This document shows, piece after piece, positions 63,184 through 64,000 of a DNA stretch of 64,000 nt (positions are counted from its first letter, which is position 1; every line of letters starts with the position of its first letter). Origin of the DNA: Oopsacas minuta. Taxonomy: Eukaryota > Animalia > Porifera. Under the pieces are notes generated by a model. The model searched no databases and had not been told where the DNA came from. It saw only the letters and a list, made by a program, of their open reading frames with translations. A program made the position numbers and the translations under genes. The stretch covers positions 926,898 through 990,897 of the forward strand of contig JAKMXF010000022.1 in assembly GCA_024704765.1 (NCBI GenBank). The letters run 5' to 3'.

Positions 63184-64000
63184 GGGGCCTTATTAATTAA
63201 AATTCTAAGAATTATTCTTAACTTAATTCTAAGTGTATTTCTAAGAATAATTCTAAGAATTCATGAATTATTCTTAGTTTTCGCTAGGAATTCTTAACTT
63301 GGCTATACTTAACAGATTCTAAGAAAAATTCTTAGAATTGGGTAATTCTACTTGATTGATTCTTGTTATGATTAATAAAATTTATGCCAATTCATTCGAC
63401 TTCAATCCCTTTTTGAGAAGATGTGCACATAGTAGAAAATATAATCCTATACTTGTATACTTGATTTATCATAATGAGATAAATTGCCCCATCCAATAGA
63501 AAAATACTCATTGCATTTCTCATTTGTATACTATTGTATAAACTCATGGCCTTGCTTTTTATTCTTTTGGAGCTGTAAATAGACAGTTTACGACGACAGA
63601 GAATATTTCGTAACAGTTTAAACCCTCTTGATCCGTACACAGATGTAGAGTTTATTTCTCGTTATAGAATCAGAAGAGAAATATTATTAGAATTACATGA
63701 TAAAATTGAGACTTTCATGTCTCGATCTACAAGCCGATCTCATTCACTTTCGGTGACAACTCAATTAGCGGTCACTCTTCAGTTTCTAGCTACGGGTAGT
63801 TTCCAAACTGTGGTTGCATCAGCTCATGGAATTTCCCAGTCCTCTGTGTCCAACTGTGTTAGAGGTATAACAGATGCATTGTGCTCAATTGCGAAAGACT
63901 ATATACAGTTTCCAACTGCTGCTAGACAGATGAGCATGGAGCATGGATTTATGGAAAAGTTCGGGTTTCCTAAAGTATTAGGTTGCATAGACGGCACACA
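63184..64000 (+). mobile_element. PIF/Harbinger transposon, left end (runs off the window)
   Basis: GGGGCC-initiated terminus, a subterminal array of TTCTAAG/TTCTTAG motifs (63203-63335), and a downstream transposase. Confidence 0.7.
63546..64000 (+). pseudogene. HARBI1-like DDE transposase, partial, with an in-frame TAA at codon 11
   Basis: The frame after TAA (63576-63578) reads RRQRIFR...YRIRRE...LQFLATGSFQTVV...GISQSSVS...FPKVLGCIDGT, which includes the first catalytic Asp. Confidence 0.88.

Overview
AT-rich eukaryotic (animal) nuclear DNA with canonical GT-AG introns and no prokaryotic features. The compact layout, many intronless housekeeping genes and the gene set suggest an early-branching metazoan such as a sponge (inference). 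Genes from left to right: a decayed SERHL-like hydrolase split by a hAT MITE, a 3-exon GPR157-like GPCR, intronless FARS2 and IGBP1, a multi-exon gene of unknown function with a Cys-rich hydrophobic C-terminus, and a 1.3-kb DD34D mariner with two frameshifts. These are followed by a 6-exon Lhx3/4 LIM-homeobox gene in a large gene-poor region, intronless ACAD8, an orphan coiled-coil CaaX protein, a 3-exon lebercilin-like gene, and 5-exon CCT2 with an antisense intronless FANK1 nested in intron 4. The window ends with intronless SLC37-like and GLDC genes and the start of a Harbinger transposon. Non-coding DNA is rich in tiny non-autonomous DNA transposons (hAT, Tc1/mariner, PIF/Harbinger, Helitron), including nested insertions and a Helitron-like family ending in a GCGAAGC mini-hairpin. 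All gene models were built by eye and need RNA-seq or homology confirmation.
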